From an uncultured Arcobacter sp. (lineage in GTDB: Bacteria > Campylobacterota > Campylobacteria > Campylobacterales > Arcobacteraceae): 64,000 nucleotides of DNA. The number at the start of each line of letters is the position of its first letter. Position 1 is the stretch's first letter. A program made the translations under genes and the position numbers. The DNA lies in assembly GCA_965140705.1 (NCBI GenBank), contig OZ223300.1:1600001-1664000 (forward strand), written 5' to 3'. Below the pieces are notes generated by a model that was given only the letters and a program-made list of their open reading frames with translations, was not told the DNA's origin and did not search any database. Positions 29,776 through 39,962 of this stretch are shown here, piece after piece.

Positions 29776-30430
29776 TTTTACAAAATTTACAACTACAGAT
29801 TACATAGGATATTTATCTTGTGTAATCTGGTTTAAAGGGTGTAATATGAGATGTCGATATTGCTATAATGATGATATTGTCTTCTGTAAAAATGGTAATT
29901 ACACTTTAAATGATATTTTAACTTTTTTAAAAAATAGAGTAGGGATGCTTGATGCTGTAGTATTATCAGGAGGGGAAGCAAGCCTTTATGATTTGACTAC
30001 TATTTGTAAAAAAATTAAGGAGTTGGGATATAAAATAAAGCTAGATACGAATGGGTTAAATCTTAATTTAATAAAAGAACTTATAAAAGAGAAATTAATA
30101 GATTATATGGCAATAGATTTTAAAGCACCAAAATATAAATATAAAATGATAACAGGTGTAGATAAATATGCCCAGTTTATTAATACAATAAAATATTTGA
30201 TAGATATTAATTTTAATTTTGAACTTAGAACAACGGTTAATTCAAGTTTGTTAGAAGAGAATGATATAAATAATATGATAAATATAATTAGTAACTTGGG
30301 ATATAAAAATACATACTATTTACAAAATTTTTTACAAACTAATTCAAATATTGGAAATATACAAAAACAAAGGGATATAAATAAAGAAGAACTTATACAA
30401 AATAGTTTAACTATTCAATGGAGAAATTAA
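29726..30430 (+). CDS. nrdG: Anaerobic RNR activating radical SAM protein
   Basis: GCNMRCRYCYN, AVVLSGGEA, KLDTNG, ELRTT; directly follows nrdD; exact start uncertain. Confidence 0.92.
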   Translation: MNTKRESNLLNQKIVYDFTKFTTTDYIGYLSCVIWFKGCNMRCRYCYNDDIVFCKNGNYTLNDILTFLKNRVGMLDAVVLSGGEASLYDLTTICKKIKELGYKIKLDTNGLNLNLIKELIKEKLIDYMAIDFKAPKYKYKMITGVDKYAQFINTIKYLIDINFNFELRTTVNSSLLEENDINNMINIISNLGYKNTYYLQNFLQTNSNIGNIQKQRDINKEELIQNSLTIQWRN

Positions 30431-31087
30431 ATACCCTTGCCCTAAAACATTTTCAATAATATCTTTAGACATTTTTAATCTTAGTCTTTTTATAAAAGTT
30501 CTAAGCCGCTCGTCACTTACTTCTTCCTTCCAAAGTGTAGATTTTATTTCTTCAGTACTTACAAGAATATTTTGATGTTTTATTAGTAAATACAAAAAAT
30601 CTTTTTCTCGTTTTGTAATATTTACAATTTTTCCTTTTTCATACAAAGTCATAGTATTATTATCAAAGGTGAAATTCTCTTTTAGTAATACTTTTTTTTG
30701 TTTGTTTAACTTAGGTGCTATTTTTTTAATATAAGTTATAAGGTCTTCTGGATCAAAAGGCTTTATAAAATATTTATTTATTCCTGTATCAATGGCTTTT
30801 AGTAACTTTTCTTTATCAGAGTGAGCACTTAATATAATAATAGGAGTTACTTCATCAAACTCTTTTATTTTTTGTGTCATTTCCAAACCATCACAAAGAG
30901 GCATCATAATATCAGTTATTACAATATCAGGTTTAAATGATTTAAACTTTTTTAAACCTTCTTTTCCATCTTTTGCAATAATTACAGAGAAAAAATAATC
31001 ATTTATAGCATCTTTTAAAAGTTGAGCTAATCTTTTTTCATCTTCAACTATTAATATTTTTAAGTCTTTTAGTAAGTTATTTTTCAT
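30407..31087 (-). CDS. OmpR-family response regulator
   Basis: LIVEDE, TDIMMP..DG, IKP; winged helix RLRTFIKRLRLK..GQGY. Confidence 0.93.
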   Translation of the reverse strand: MKNNLLKDLKILIVEDEKRLAQLLKDAINDYFFSVIIAKDGKEGLKKFKSFKPDIVITDIMMPLCDGLEMTQKIKEFDEVTPIIILSAHSDKEKLLKAIDTGINKYFIKPFDPEDLITYIKKIAPKLNKQKKVLLKENFTFDNNTMTLYEKGKIVNITKREKDFLYLLIKHQNILVSTEEIKSTLWKEEVSDERLRTFIKRLRLKMSKDIIENVLGQGYLISPLNS

Positions 31088-31094
31088 ATCTTTC

Positions 31095-32306
31095 CTAATT
31101 ATTTAAAGGGATAATAATCGTAAAATTAGAACCATTTTTAAAGTTTTTGTGAGTCATTTCACCTTCTAAACTTTTTTCAATAATCATTTTTGACATAAAT
31201 AATCCCAATCCTGTACCTTGGCTCTTATGTTTTGTTGTAAAATAAGGATCAAATATTTTATCTAAGTTATCTTTACTAATTCCGCCAGCATTATCTATTA
31301 TTTCTAATTTTGCATATTTTTTATCTAAAATTTTATCTTCTTTTAATTTTATTTCTATAATTTTGTTATTTATATTATTAATTATAAAAGCATCTTTTGA
31401 GTTCTGAATTAGATTTATAATTACTTGTGTAAGTTCATTTAATACACCTACAACTTGGTAATTTAATGGTACCTCAATCTTTAAAGTTATATCTTCTATC
31501 GTTTTTTTCAAAATTAATATAGCTTCATCAACTGCTTTTTTTATCTCAAAGCTTTTTTTATCTTTTTGTGGATTAAAAAAGTTAGAAAAATCATCTATTG
31601 TTGAAGACATTGTAGATATCAAATTTTTACTCTCAAGATAGAGTTCATCTAACTTCTCTTTTTCATTTGTATTAAAAAATTTTTTCATATTGAAAAGTGT
31701 TAGGTTAAGCTCAGTTAAGGGTTGTCGCCATTGGTGGGCAATATTTCCTAACATTTGACCTAAGCTTGCCATTCTTGATTGTAAAAATAGAAGTTTTTGT
31801 TTCTCTTCATTTTTTTTAATTTCATCTTTAACTCTATGTTCTAGAGTTTTATTTAACTCTTTTAACTCTTTTGTTTTAATAGATACTCTATTCTCTAAAT
31901 CTTTATTTAACTCTTCTAACTCTTTTTCTTTTTTTTCTAATCTTTTCTTTAATTCAACTTCTTCTGTTACATCATATCTTATGGCTATGAACTCTTTTAT
32001 TTCATCATTCTCATCTAAAATAGGAGTAATCGTAGTATTTAAATAGACAGTTTTTCCATCTTTTGTTAGATTTTTAACTGTTGCTTTATAAGGTTTCTTA
32101 TTTAAAATAGTACTCCAAAGAAGGGTAAAGTTACTCTTTGGAATATCTGGATGCCTTACAATATTGTGATTAGCACCTATTAGTTCTTCATATTTATAGC
32201 CAGAAATTTTACAAAACTCATCATTGACAAAAGTTATTATTCCATTAATATCAGTTTTAGATACTATATTTGAATTTTCAATTGCCTCTTGATAAGTTTG
32301 GCTCAT
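31095..32306 (-). CDS. PAS-domain sensor histidine kinase
   Basis: NifL/Aer-like PAS (VSKTD..NHNIVRHPD); H-box IAHQWRQPL; FDPYFTTK, GTGLGL. Confidence 0.93.
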   Translation of the reverse strand: MSQTYQEAIENSNIVSKTDINGIITFVNDEFCKISGYKYEELIGANHNIVRHPDIPKSNFTLLWSTILNKKPYKATVKNLTKDGKTVYLNTTITPILDENDEIKEFIAIRYDVTEEVELKKRLEKKEKELEELNKDLENRVSIKTKELKELNKTLEHRVKDEIKKNEEKQKLLFLQSRMASLGQMLGNIAHQWRQPLTELNLTLFNMKKFFNTNEKEKLDELYLESKNLISTMSSTIDDFSNFFNPQKDKKSFEIKKAVDEAILILKKTIEDITLKIEVPLNYQVVGVLNELTQVIINLIQNSKDAFIINNINNKIIEIKLKEDKILDKKYAKLEIIDNAGGISKDNLDKIFDPYFTTKHKSQGTGLGLFMSKMIIEKSLEGEMTHKNFKNGSNFTIIIPLNN

Positions 32307-32307
32307 T

Positions 32308-33282
32308 TTATTTTCTATTTAAAAGCTCACAAGCCTCTTTTGCATGATATGAAATAATAATATCAGCACCAGCTCTTTTAAAAGATACTAAAGTTTCCAT
32401 TACTGTTCTTTCATAATCAATTAAACCAGCTTTTTCTGCATTTTTAAGTAAAGCATACTCTCCACTTACATTATAAACAGCTAATGGTAGGTTTGAACTA
32501 TTTCTAATATCTCTTACAATATCTAAATAAGCAAGAGCTGGTTTTACCATAAGAATATCTGCCCCTTGATTTTCATCTTGAATTGATTCTTCTATAGCTT
32601 CTCTTCTATTTGCTGGATTCATTTGATAAGATCTTCTATCACCAAATGTTGGAGTTGATTCTGCAACATCTCTAAATGGACCATAATAAGCACTTGCAAA
32701 CTTAGTTGAATATGCCATGATTGGTAAATCAGTAAATCCATTTTCATCTAAAGCAGTTCTTAAAGTCTCAATAATACCATCCATCATTCCACTAGGAGCA
32801 ATCATATCAGCACCAGCACGTGCATGAACAAGAGCTTGTTGGGCAGATATTTCTAATGTTTTATCATTGTCAACTGTTTGAGTTTTTGGGTCAAGTATTC
32901 CACAATGTCCATGGTCTGTATATTCACAAAAACATAAATCAGTAGATACAAACATAGTAGGGAACTTCTCCTTTACAGCTCTTATTGTTCTTGCAATTAT
33001 ACTCTCATCACATAAACACTCACTTCCAACAGAGTCTTTAACATCTGGAATACCAAATAAAATAATTGAATTTAAACCTATACTTTGAATATATTCACAC
33101 TCTTTTAAAATTTCATCAATACTCATTTGAAAAACACCTGGCATAGATGCAACTTCAGTTTTAATACTATTTCCTTCCACTACAAATAGTGGATATATAA
33201 AATCATTTGGACTTAAGTTTGTTTCTTGCACTAGTGCTCTTAAATTTTCATTAATTCTTAATCTTCTTAATCTTTTAAACAT
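32308..33282 (-). CDS. hemB: Porphobilinogen synthase
   Basis: [39 protein letters not shown]. Confidence 0.98.
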   Translation of the reverse strand: MFKRLRRLRINENLRALVQETNLSPNDFIYPLFVVEGNSIKTEVASMPGVFQMSIDEILKECEYIQSIGLNSIILFGIPDVKDSVGSECLCDESIIARTIRAVKEKFPTMFVSTDLCFCEYTDHGHCGILDPKTQTVDNDKTLEISAQQALVHARAGADMIAPSGMMDGIIETLRTALDENGFTDLPIMAYSTKFASAYYGPFRDVAESTPTFGDRRSYQMNPANRREAIEESIQDENQGADILMVKPALAYLDIVRDIRNSSNLPLAVYNVSGEYALLKNAEKAGLIDYERTVMETLVSFKRAGADIIISYHAKEACELLNRK

Positions 33283-33342
33283 TCTATTTACCTCTTTTAG
33301 ATATAATCTGCACCATTTTAACAGTTTAAGGTTTAAAAAGAT

Positions 33343-33906
33343 ATGAATATAGAAGAATCAAATATTGCAAACTTGCCAACAACACATGGTAATTTTCAAA
33401 TACAATCTTTTAAAGAACATCACAAAGAACATTTAGTAATTTTTTCAAGTAATTTAGGTGATGTTGTAAATGTAAGAGTACATTCAGAATGCTTAACAGG
33501 CGATGCTATAGGTTCTCTAAAGTGTGATTGCCAAGCTCAGCTAAACTTCTCATTAGATTATATAAATAAAAATGGTGGTATGGTTATATATCTAAGACAA
33601 GAAGGAAGAAATATAGGTTTATTAAATAAAGTAAATGCTTATGCCTTGCAAGATAAAGGATTTAATACAATAGAAGCAAATCATCAACTAGGTTTTCAAG
33701 CTGATGAAAGAACTTATGAAATAGTAGAATATATTTTAAACAAATTTAATATCAAAAAAATAAATTTAATAACAAATAATCCACATAAAATTGAAAGTTT
33801 GCCTAACATAGAAATTGTAGAAAGAATTCCTGTAATTGTGGGTGCAAATGAGAATAATAGAGCTTATTTAAAAGTTAAAAAAGAAGAAATGGGGCATTTA
33901 CTATAG
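33343..33906 (+). CDS. ribA: GTP cyclohydrolase II
   Basis: [29 protein letters not shown]. Confidence 0.97.
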   Translation: MNIEESNIANLPTTHGNFQIQSFKEHHKEHLVIFSSNLGDVVNVRVHSECLTGDAIGSLKCDCQAQLNFSLDYINKNGGMVIYLRQEGRNIGLLNKVNAYALQDKGFNTIEANHQLGFQADERTYEIVEYILNKFNIKKINLITNNPHKIESLPNIEIVERIPVIVGANENNRAYLKVKKEEMGHLL

Positions 33907-34499
33907 TGAAAATAAATAATTTAGATGAATTAAATTTAGGAGAGGATTTTTTACCAAAATGTGAAGAGTTTAAAAAAACTTTGCAACATTGGGGAAAAGT
34001 ACATAATCTTTCTGCTGAATTAGAAGATGAGAAAATAGAAAAAAATATCTATGATTCTATTTATGTTTTAAAATTTATAAAAGATTATAAGACTGTTGCA
34101 GATATAGGGACAGGGGCTGGTTATCCTGGACTTATTTTAGCAATGGCAAGACCTAATATTAAATTTTATTTAATAGAGCCAAGAGCAAAAAGAGTTGCTT
34201 TTTTAAATTTTATTAAAAACTCACTAAAATTGGATAATGTAGAAATATTATGCAATAGAGTAGAGTATGTAAAAGATATTAAAGTTGAATTAATCACTTC
34301 TAGGGCAGTTACAAATACTTCTTTATTATTAGATTTGACAAAAGATATTTCAACTGAGACTACATCTTATTTATTTTATAAAGGTAGTATGCTTGATTCA
34401 GAACTTGAAGAAGCAAAAATACATAACTATGAAATAATTAAAAAAGATGAAAAAAGAAATTATTTATATATAAACAAAGGGAAAAATAATGGTATTTAA
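33906..34499 (+). CDS. rsmG: 16S rRNA m7G527 methyltransferase
   Basis: WGKVHNL, DIGTGAGYPG, KRVAFL, TSRAV, YKG. Confidence 0.95.
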   Translation: MKINNLDELNLGEDFLPKCEEFKKTLQHWGKVHNLSAELEDEKIEKNIYDSIYVLKFIKDYKTVADIGTGAGYPGLILAMARPNIKFYLIEPRAKRVAFLNFIKNSLKLDNVEILCNRVEYVKDIKVELITSRAVTNTSLLLDLTKDISTETTSYLFYKGSMLDSELEEAKIHNYEIIKKDEKRNYLYINKGKNNGI

Positions 34500-34713
34500 A
34501 GCATTAACAATTATAATCGTTCTATTTGTTGTTTATATTCTATTTTTTAAAAAAAGAAGAGAGAGTGAAATTGGTAGTAGTAAAAAGCCAAAAAAAGAAG
34601 AAGCAATAGCAGATATCATGGAAGAGTGTCCCACTTGTAAAACTTATGTTTCAAAAAAAGAAGCAATATTGAGTAATGGAAAATACTATTGTTCAAAGGA
34701 GTGTTTACGATGA
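34489..34713 (+). CDS. Small membrane-anchored Zn-finger protein (PP0621-like)
   Basis: N-terminal TM; ECPTCKTYV..YCSKEC. Confidence 0.8.
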   Translation: MVFKALTIIIVLFVVYILFFKKRRESEIGSSKKPKKEEAIADIMEECPTCKTYVSKKEAILSNGKYYCSKECLR

Positions 34714-35081
34714 TAATACTTGGTGATGATTTAGTACCATTTAAGGAGACTTCATTTATAAGTAAGCTTGAAGATATAGAAAATACAAAAGCGAATTCTA
34801 CAATTTTATTTGATTTTAATAAAAAGCTTCTAAAATATTCTTATGAAAATAACTTGTTTACGGGAGTTATAGTACATACACTAAAAGAAGCACTTTATGC
34901 AAATGCTTTACATACTAAGTATATTATATGTGATAAACCTCTAGATAAAACGATTCAAGACATTGCAGAAAACTATATGTTTGATTCTAAAATATTAACA
35001 ATAATAGAATCTAGTGATGAACTTGAAATAGTAGCCATGAATAAAATTGATGGTGTAATATATAAAAACTTGTTAGGATAA
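34710..35081 (+). CDS. Hypothetical protein
   Basis: ORF within the operon; ATG at 34710 (ATGA overlap) preferred over the track's TTG at 34689. Confidence 0.75.
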   Translation: MIILGDDLVPFKETSFISKLEDIENTKANSTILFDFNKKLLKYSYENNLFTGVIVHTLKEALYANALHTKYIICDKPLDKTIQDIAENYMFDSKILTIIESSDELEIVAMNKIDGVIYKNLLG

Positions 35082-35083
35082 AT

Positions 35084-35230
35084 ATGAAAGATATACTTGA
35101 TATAATAGTTATTATAGCTTTTGTAATAATAGTTTTTGGGTTTATTAGAGGCTTTAATAAACAACAAATTGAAAAACATACAAAAAAATTAGAAGAAATC
35201 GAGAAAAGGGAAAAAGAGAAAAATGAATAA
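35084..35230 (+). CDS. 48-aa single-pass membrane protein (not in the ORF track)
   Basis: MKDILDIIVIIAFVIIVFGFIRGFNKQQIEKHTKKLEEIEKREKEKNE; AGGA SD; fills the gap and overlaps the glyS start. Confidence 0.75.
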   Translation: MKDILDIIVIIAFVIIVFGFIRGFNKQQIEKHTKKLEEIEKREKEKNE

Positions 35231-37238
35231 ACCATTATTAATTGAAATAGGTGTTGAAGAACTACCTGCTATACCATTTTTAAAAGAGTTACCAAATATT
35301 GAAAAAAAATGGAGTGATATTTTAGAAAAATATAAATTATCAACTGATTTTGACTTTTTTTACACTCCAAGAAGATTGGTTCTTTGGCATAGAGAATTTA
35401 ATTTAACGCAAGAAGATACAACTGTTGAACAATATGGAGCTCCTATTGCAATTGCATATAAAGATGGAAAACCAACAGGTGCTGCAATTGGTTTTGCAAA
35501 AAAATGTGGAATAGAAGTAGAAGATATAAAAACAATTAATAATGGAAAAGATGAAGTTTTATACTTTAAAAAAGAAGAAAAAGGAAAAGCTTCAAAAGAT
35601 TTATTAAATGAAATGGTAAATGAATTTATAAATGCACTTGATTTTGGAAAATCTATGAGATGGGCTAGTAGAACGGATAGTTTTATAAGACCTATACGAA
35701 GTCTAATAATGATGTTAGGAGAAGAGATAGTTGAGGGTGAACTTTATGGTATAAAAAGCTCAAACAAATCATTTGCTCATAGAATGGTCTCTTATGAACC
35801 ATTTAGTTTTGACTTTGCAGGAGATTACTTTTGTAAGTTAGATAAAAATGGAGTAATTTTATATCCAGAAGATAGAAAAAAGATTATTTTAGATCAAATG
35901 AAAACTATAGAATCACAAAACAATCTAAAAATAGATATAGACCCTGAATTATTAGAAGAAATTGTTGCAATAACAGAATATCCAACAGCTCTATTAGGTA
36001 GTTTTGATGAAGAGTTCTTAGAGTTACCAGAAGAAGTAATTGTAACTTCAATGAAAGAGCACCAAAGATACTTTGCAGTTTACAAAGATGGAAAATTATC
36101 AAACAACTTTATTGTTGTATCAAACTCTAAAACAGAAGATTTCTCTTTTATAGTTGCTGGAAATGAAAAAGTTTTAAGACCAAGATTATCAGATGCTATG
36201 TTCTTTTATAAAAATGATTTAAATAATGGATTATCAAATGAAGGTCTAAAAAATCTAGTTTTCGTAGATGGATTAGGTTCTATGTATGAAAAATGTGAAA
36301 GAGAAGTAAAAATAGCTTTATATTTAGCCCAAATATTTGAAATAAAAGAAAAAGAATTATTAACTAAAGCAGTAATGCTTTCAAAAGCTGATTTAATGTC
36401 TGAAATGGTTTATGAGTTTACTGAATTACAAGGACTGATGGGATATTACTATGCAAAAGTAGCAGGTGAAAATGAACTTGTTTTTACAGCTTTAAAAGAA
36501 CAATATTTACCAGATGGAGAGGATTCAGACCTACCATCAAATAAATTTTCAGCAATAGTAGCACTTTCTTATAAACTTGATAATCTTATGGGACTTTTTA
36601 GTGTTGGTAAGATTCCAACTGGTTCAAAAGATCCATTTGGACTAAGACGAGCAGCAGCAGGTATTGTAAAAATTGCTATGGAACATAAGCTTGAAGTAAA
36701 CCTGTCAAATATAATTGATAATTTATTAGATACATATAGTGGATTAAAAAAAGAAAAATTAATTGAATTTTTCAATGAAAGATTATTTAAAATATTTGAT
36801 GTAAACCCATCTGTAATAAAAGCAGTATTAGGAAGTGGAGAAGGGGATATTTACAAAATATCTCAAAAAATTTGTGCTCTTAATCCAATAGTATTAAGTG
36901 ATGATTTTAAAGAATCATCAACTACTTTTAAAAGAGTAGCAAATATCATTAAAGATATCGATGTAAATAGTACATTAAGTATTGATAAATCTTTATTTGA
37001 ACAAGATGAAGAAAAAGATTTATATGAAACTTATACTCTGTTAACAAATAAAAAATATAATAATTATGAAGAAGAACTTGATGCACTATTTTCTTTAAAG
37101 CCAAAATTAGATAAATTTTTCGATAATGTTTTTGTAAATCATGAAAATGAAAGCATAAAAACAAATAGAAAAAATCTAATAGGGCTTGTTTATCAAGCAT
37201 TTAGAAATATTGCAGATATAAAAGAAATTACAATATAA
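35223..37238 (+). CDS. glyS: Glycine--tRNA ligase beta subunit
   Basis: LLIEIGVEELP, TPRRL, FIRPIR, HQRYF, FTELQG, TGSKDPFGLRR. Confidence 0.97.
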   Translation: MNKPLLIEIGVEELPAIPFLKELPNIEKKWSDILEKYKLSTDFDFFYTPRRLVLWHREFNLTQEDTTVEQYGAPIAIAYKDGKPTGAAIGFAKKCGIEVEDIKTINNGKDEVLYFKKEEKGKASKDLLNEMVNEFINALDFGKSMRWASRTDSFIRPIRSLIMMLGEEIVEGELYGIKSSNKSFAHRMVSYEPFSFDFAGDYFCKLDKNGVILYPEDRKKIILDQMKTIESQNNLKIDIDPELLEEIVAITEYPTALLGSFDEEFLELPEEVIVTSMKEHQRYFAVYKDGKLSNNFIVVSNSKTEDFSFIVAGNEKVLRPRLSDAMFFYKNDLNNGLSNEGLKNLVFVDGLGSMYEKCEREVKIALYLAQIFEIKEKELLTKAVMLSKADLMSEMVYEFTELQGLMGYYYAKVAGENELVFTALKEQYLPDGEDSDLPSNKFSAIVALSYKLDNLMGLFSVGKIPTGSKDPFGLRRAAAGIVKIAMEHKLEVNLSNIIDNLLDTYSGLKKEKLIEFFNERLFKIFDVNPSVIKAVLGSGEGDIYKISQKICALNPIVLSDDFKESSTTFKRVANIIKDIDVNSTLSIDKSLFEQDEEKDLYETYTLLTNKKYNNYEEELDALFSLKPKLDKFFDNVFVNHENESIKTNRKNLIGLVYQAFRNIADIKEITI

Positions 37239-37248
37239 GGATAATAAA

Positions 37249-37389
37249 ATGAAAAATAAATTGGGACTTATTTTAATGGCGGTTTTTATTTTTATTTTAA
37301 GTGGATGTGCAACATGGAATGGAGTAAAAAAAGATACTACTGATGCCTATGATGCGACAAAAGAAGCTATTCATGATGCAACAAAGTAA
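37249..37389 (+). CDS. 46-aa entericidin EcnA/B-like lipoprotein (not in the ORF track)
   Basis: MKNKLGLILMAVFIFILSG-CATWNGVKKDTTDAYDATKEAIHDATK; lipobox LSGC; AAGGA SD. Confidence 0.85.
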   Translation: MKNKLGLILMAVFIFILSGCATWNGVKKDTTDAYDATKEAIHDATK

Positions 37390-37412
37390 TTAGTTTACTT
37401 TGTTGTTTATTT
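37379..37412 (+). terminator. Rho-independent terminator
   Basis: CAACAAAGTAA-ttagt-TTACTTTGTTG followed by a T-rich tract. Confidence 0.7.
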
Positions 37413-37694
37413 TTAGAAGTAAGGTAAATAGATTTTATAGTCTTTATTTATTTTAAATAATATATTTAAAGACATTTTTTGAAGTAGGGTAAATTTTTTA
37501 TATAAAACAATATATCTATTTGGTAAAAAATCAAACTTAATATTATTTTTTGTTAAAGTATAAGTTATTTTTATCAATTCTCTTTTAGCTGATTCATATT
37601 CATTATCATAATCGATTTTCAAAACTTTATTTTCATTGTCAAATTCGTAGTAAGCTAAGTTAAGTGAGTCAATTTCTGTTTTTATATCTTTCAT
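37413..37694 (-). CDS. Hypothetical protein, paralog of the N-terminal extension of the HemD-like protein at 38697..39596
   Basis: Shared pattern LNL.Y....KITY.L.K.NIKFD....KKFT. Confidence 0.7.
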   Translation of the reverse strand: MKDIKTEIDSLNLAYYEFDNENKVLKIDYDNEYESAKRELIKITYTLTKNNIKFDFLPNRYIVLYKKFTLLQKMSLNILFKINKDYKIYLPYF

Positions 37695-37798
37695 AGTAAT
37701 ACTTTATTTAAATTTGTTATTTTATTATTTTATTATCCATTAGTTAACAGAAGATTAACAAACTAATCTTTTTTTAAGAAAGTGAGAGTATTTTTAGT

Positions 37799-37826
37799 AA
37801 AATAGAGTGAAAATTCACTCTATTTT
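37799..37826 (-). terminator. Rho-independent terminator after the ComEA-like gene
   Basis: AAAATAGAGTGA-aaat-TCACTCTATTTT perfect inverted repeat. Confidence 0.75.
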
Positions 37827-37827
37827 G

Positions 37828-38073
37828 TTATTTACAAGCAGAAAATGAGATTTTACCTTCATTTTTTTGTAATAGCGCTTTTCCAATACCTTTTACATTT
37901 AAAAGCTCATCTTTATTTTTAAAACATTTGTGTTGAGTTCTATATTGAACAATGGATTCAGCTTTTTTATCTCCAATTCCATTTAGAGTTTTTAATTCCT
38001 CAACAGAAGCTTTATTTATATCAATTGCAAATAAAGCCAAACAAAACAACACTAGCATCAAAATGATTTTCAT
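37828..38073 (-). CDS. ComEA-family secreted helix-hairpin-helix DNA-binding protein
   Basis: Signal peptide then IDINKASVEELKTLNGIGDKKAESIVQYR..VKGIG. Confidence 0.9.
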   Translation of the reverse strand: MKIILMLVLFCLALFAIDINKASVEELKTLNGIGDKKAESIVQYRTQHKCFKNKDELLNVKGIGKALLQKNEGKISFSACK

Positions 38074-38169
38074 TTCTTCTCCTTAATTTAAATAATATAT
38101 TATTATAAAATTTAAATTAATTAATGCTTTAATAGCTACTTAAAAATAATTAAAAAGTTTAAAATATGT

Positions 38170-38670
38170 TTATTTATTATTTATATACTCTAAAACATCC
38201 TTAAAATCACCAAATATAATCTTCTCCACACTACATGCAATCATTAAATTTATAGAATAATCAAAATCCTCTATAAGCATATTATCACTGTCTACATATA
38301 CATTATTATGAAGATGTTTTTCATTGTCACAAAAGCTATCCAAATAACTTTGTTCATTTTGCATATAGCCATAAACATCTTTTCCTAAAGCTTTTGCATA
38401 TCCACATTCCCAAATTGTTCCAGAATCAGCCTCTTTACCACGAAATTGATTCAAGTTTGCTATAACGATATCAGATTGATGTATCAATTCAACATTTGCT
38501 TTATAAATATCTTGAGCTATTTTTTGTTTACTTTGATTAAAATCAACAACATTGTCTAAAGGATATAAACCTATATAACCATACTCTTTACAAAGAGTAG
38601 AGTAATTTTCTCCTATTTGTATAGAGTCTTGTTTAAAAACATCAAATCCAGCAATATATATTTTTTTCAT
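38170..38670 (-). CDS. Nucleoside 2-deoxyribosyltransferase / nucleotide N-hydrolase family protein
   Basis: IYIAGFDVF, DIVIANL..FRG, DSGTIWECGYAKALGK. Confidence 0.85.
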   Translation of the reverse strand: MKKIYIAGFDVFKQDSIQIGENYSTLCKEYGYIGLYPLDNVVDFNQSKQKIAQDIYKANVELIHQSDIVIANLNQFRGKEADSGTIWECGYAKALGKDVYGYMQNEQSYLDSFCDNEKHLHNNVYVDSDNMLIEDFDYSINLMIACSVEKIIFGDFKDVLEYINNK

Positions 38671-38696
38671 ATTATTTTAGTCCTATTTTATTGTAT

Positions 38697-39596
38697 CTAT
38701 AAAAGTATTGCTTTTTTTATACAAGAGCTCAAAGAAGTCTTATCTGAAAGTATTGGTTTAACATTAGAGGGGAAATACTTTAATGTTGTTTCTCCAATCG
38801 ATATTGCTTTAAAGCTGTGATGCCATTTAAATGTTTTAAAAAAGTATTCTACTGTAGAAGGAGATGAGAATATTATCTTTGAATTCTTAGGTAAAACCTC
38901 TTTTACTAAAGGTTCTACATAATTATTCTCATAAAGAATTACTTCTTCTGATGAGATACCATTTTTATTTAAATCATTACTTATATTTGAGGTAATTTTA
39001 TTACCTCTTACATATAAAACTTTTTTATTTTTTAATTTATATATTAATTCATTTGTAAATTCGTGTGTATTACTTTTATTTGCAATTAAACTAATATGTC
39101 CACCTAATTCTTTAACCTTCTTTGCACTTTCTTTACCAATAACATAACAAGGAATGTCTTTCCACGCACTATTAACCTTATTTATACCTATAACCCCATT
39201 TTGTGAGCTAAAGACTAAAGCATCATATTTACTAAGGTCTATGTCTTTTTTTAAATACTTTATTTCAAATAAAGGAATATTTTTTGCCCATTTTCTTTTT
39301 TGATTATTCAGTAAAAATATATTAGCTTTTGAATTATTATAATCTTCTATTTTATTCTTTATTTTTTTTACTATTTTTTCAAAAATTGTAAACTTTTTAT
39401 TTATTGCAATCAAACTATTATCCTCAAAAACATCAAATTTTATATTATGTTTTGAAAGAAAATATGTGATTTTAAAAAACTCCTTTTTTACATTTTCATT
39501 AGTATAATCTATATCATTTATAAATAAACCATTTTTATAGTCATAATCAAAGTAGATAAGATTAAGTGTTGGAATAATTTGTTCAATTTTTTTCAT
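38697..39596 (-). CDS. hemD: Uroporphyrinogen-III synthase with a ~90-aa N-terminal extension
   Basis: YDALVFSSQNGV, YVIGKES, IIFSSPSTV, AISIGETT. Confidence 0.8.
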   Translation of the reverse strand: MKKIEQIIPTLNLIYFDYDYKNGLFINDIDYTNENVKKEFFKITYFLSKHNIKFDVFEDNSLIAINKKFTIFEKIVKKIKNKIEDYNNSKANIFLLNNQKRKWAKNIPLFEIKYLKKDIDLSKYDALVFSSQNGVIGINKVNSAWKDIPCYVIGKESAKKVKELGGHISLIANKSNTHEFTNELIYKLKNKKVLYVRGNKITSNISNDLNKNGISSEEVILYENNYVEPLVKEVLPKNSKIIFSSPSTVEYFFKTFKWHHSFKAISIGETTLKYFPSNVKPILSDKTSLSSCIKKAILL

Positions 39597-39681
39597 TATA
39601 AATACTCTTTTAAAATTTTATTAGATGATAATACATATTAATTAATAGAGGGTTAATAAAAAATATTTTGTAGTAGAAAAT

Positions 39682-39758
<77 letters not shown>

Positions 39759-39770
39759 CCATATAATTTT

Positions 39771-39845
39771 TGGATGGGGTAGCAGGATTCGAACCTGCGA
39801 ATATCGGCACCAAAAGCCGAGGCCTTACCACTTGGCGATACCCCA
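39771..39845 (-). tRNA. tRNA-Gln(TTG)
   Basis: TGGGGTATCGCCAAGTGGTAAGGCCTCGGCTTTTGGTGCCGATATTCGCAGGTTCGAATCCTGCTACCCCATCCA. Confidence 0.97.
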
Positions 39846-39860
39846 AATTTTGAGATGAGA

Positions 39861-39889
39861 ATTATAGTAAATTTTTATATTTTTGTCAA
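39861..39889 (-). promoter_or_regulatory. Sigma70-type promoter of the tRNA-Gln/fMet operon
   Basis: Minus strand TTGACA-17 bp-TATAAT, 15 bp upstream of tRNA-Gln. Confidence 0.88.
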
Positions 39890-39962
39890 GAGAATTTATA
39901 TTTATTTTTGTATATTTTGATATAATCTACTTATATATAAAAATAATTAAAAGAGATTTAAA

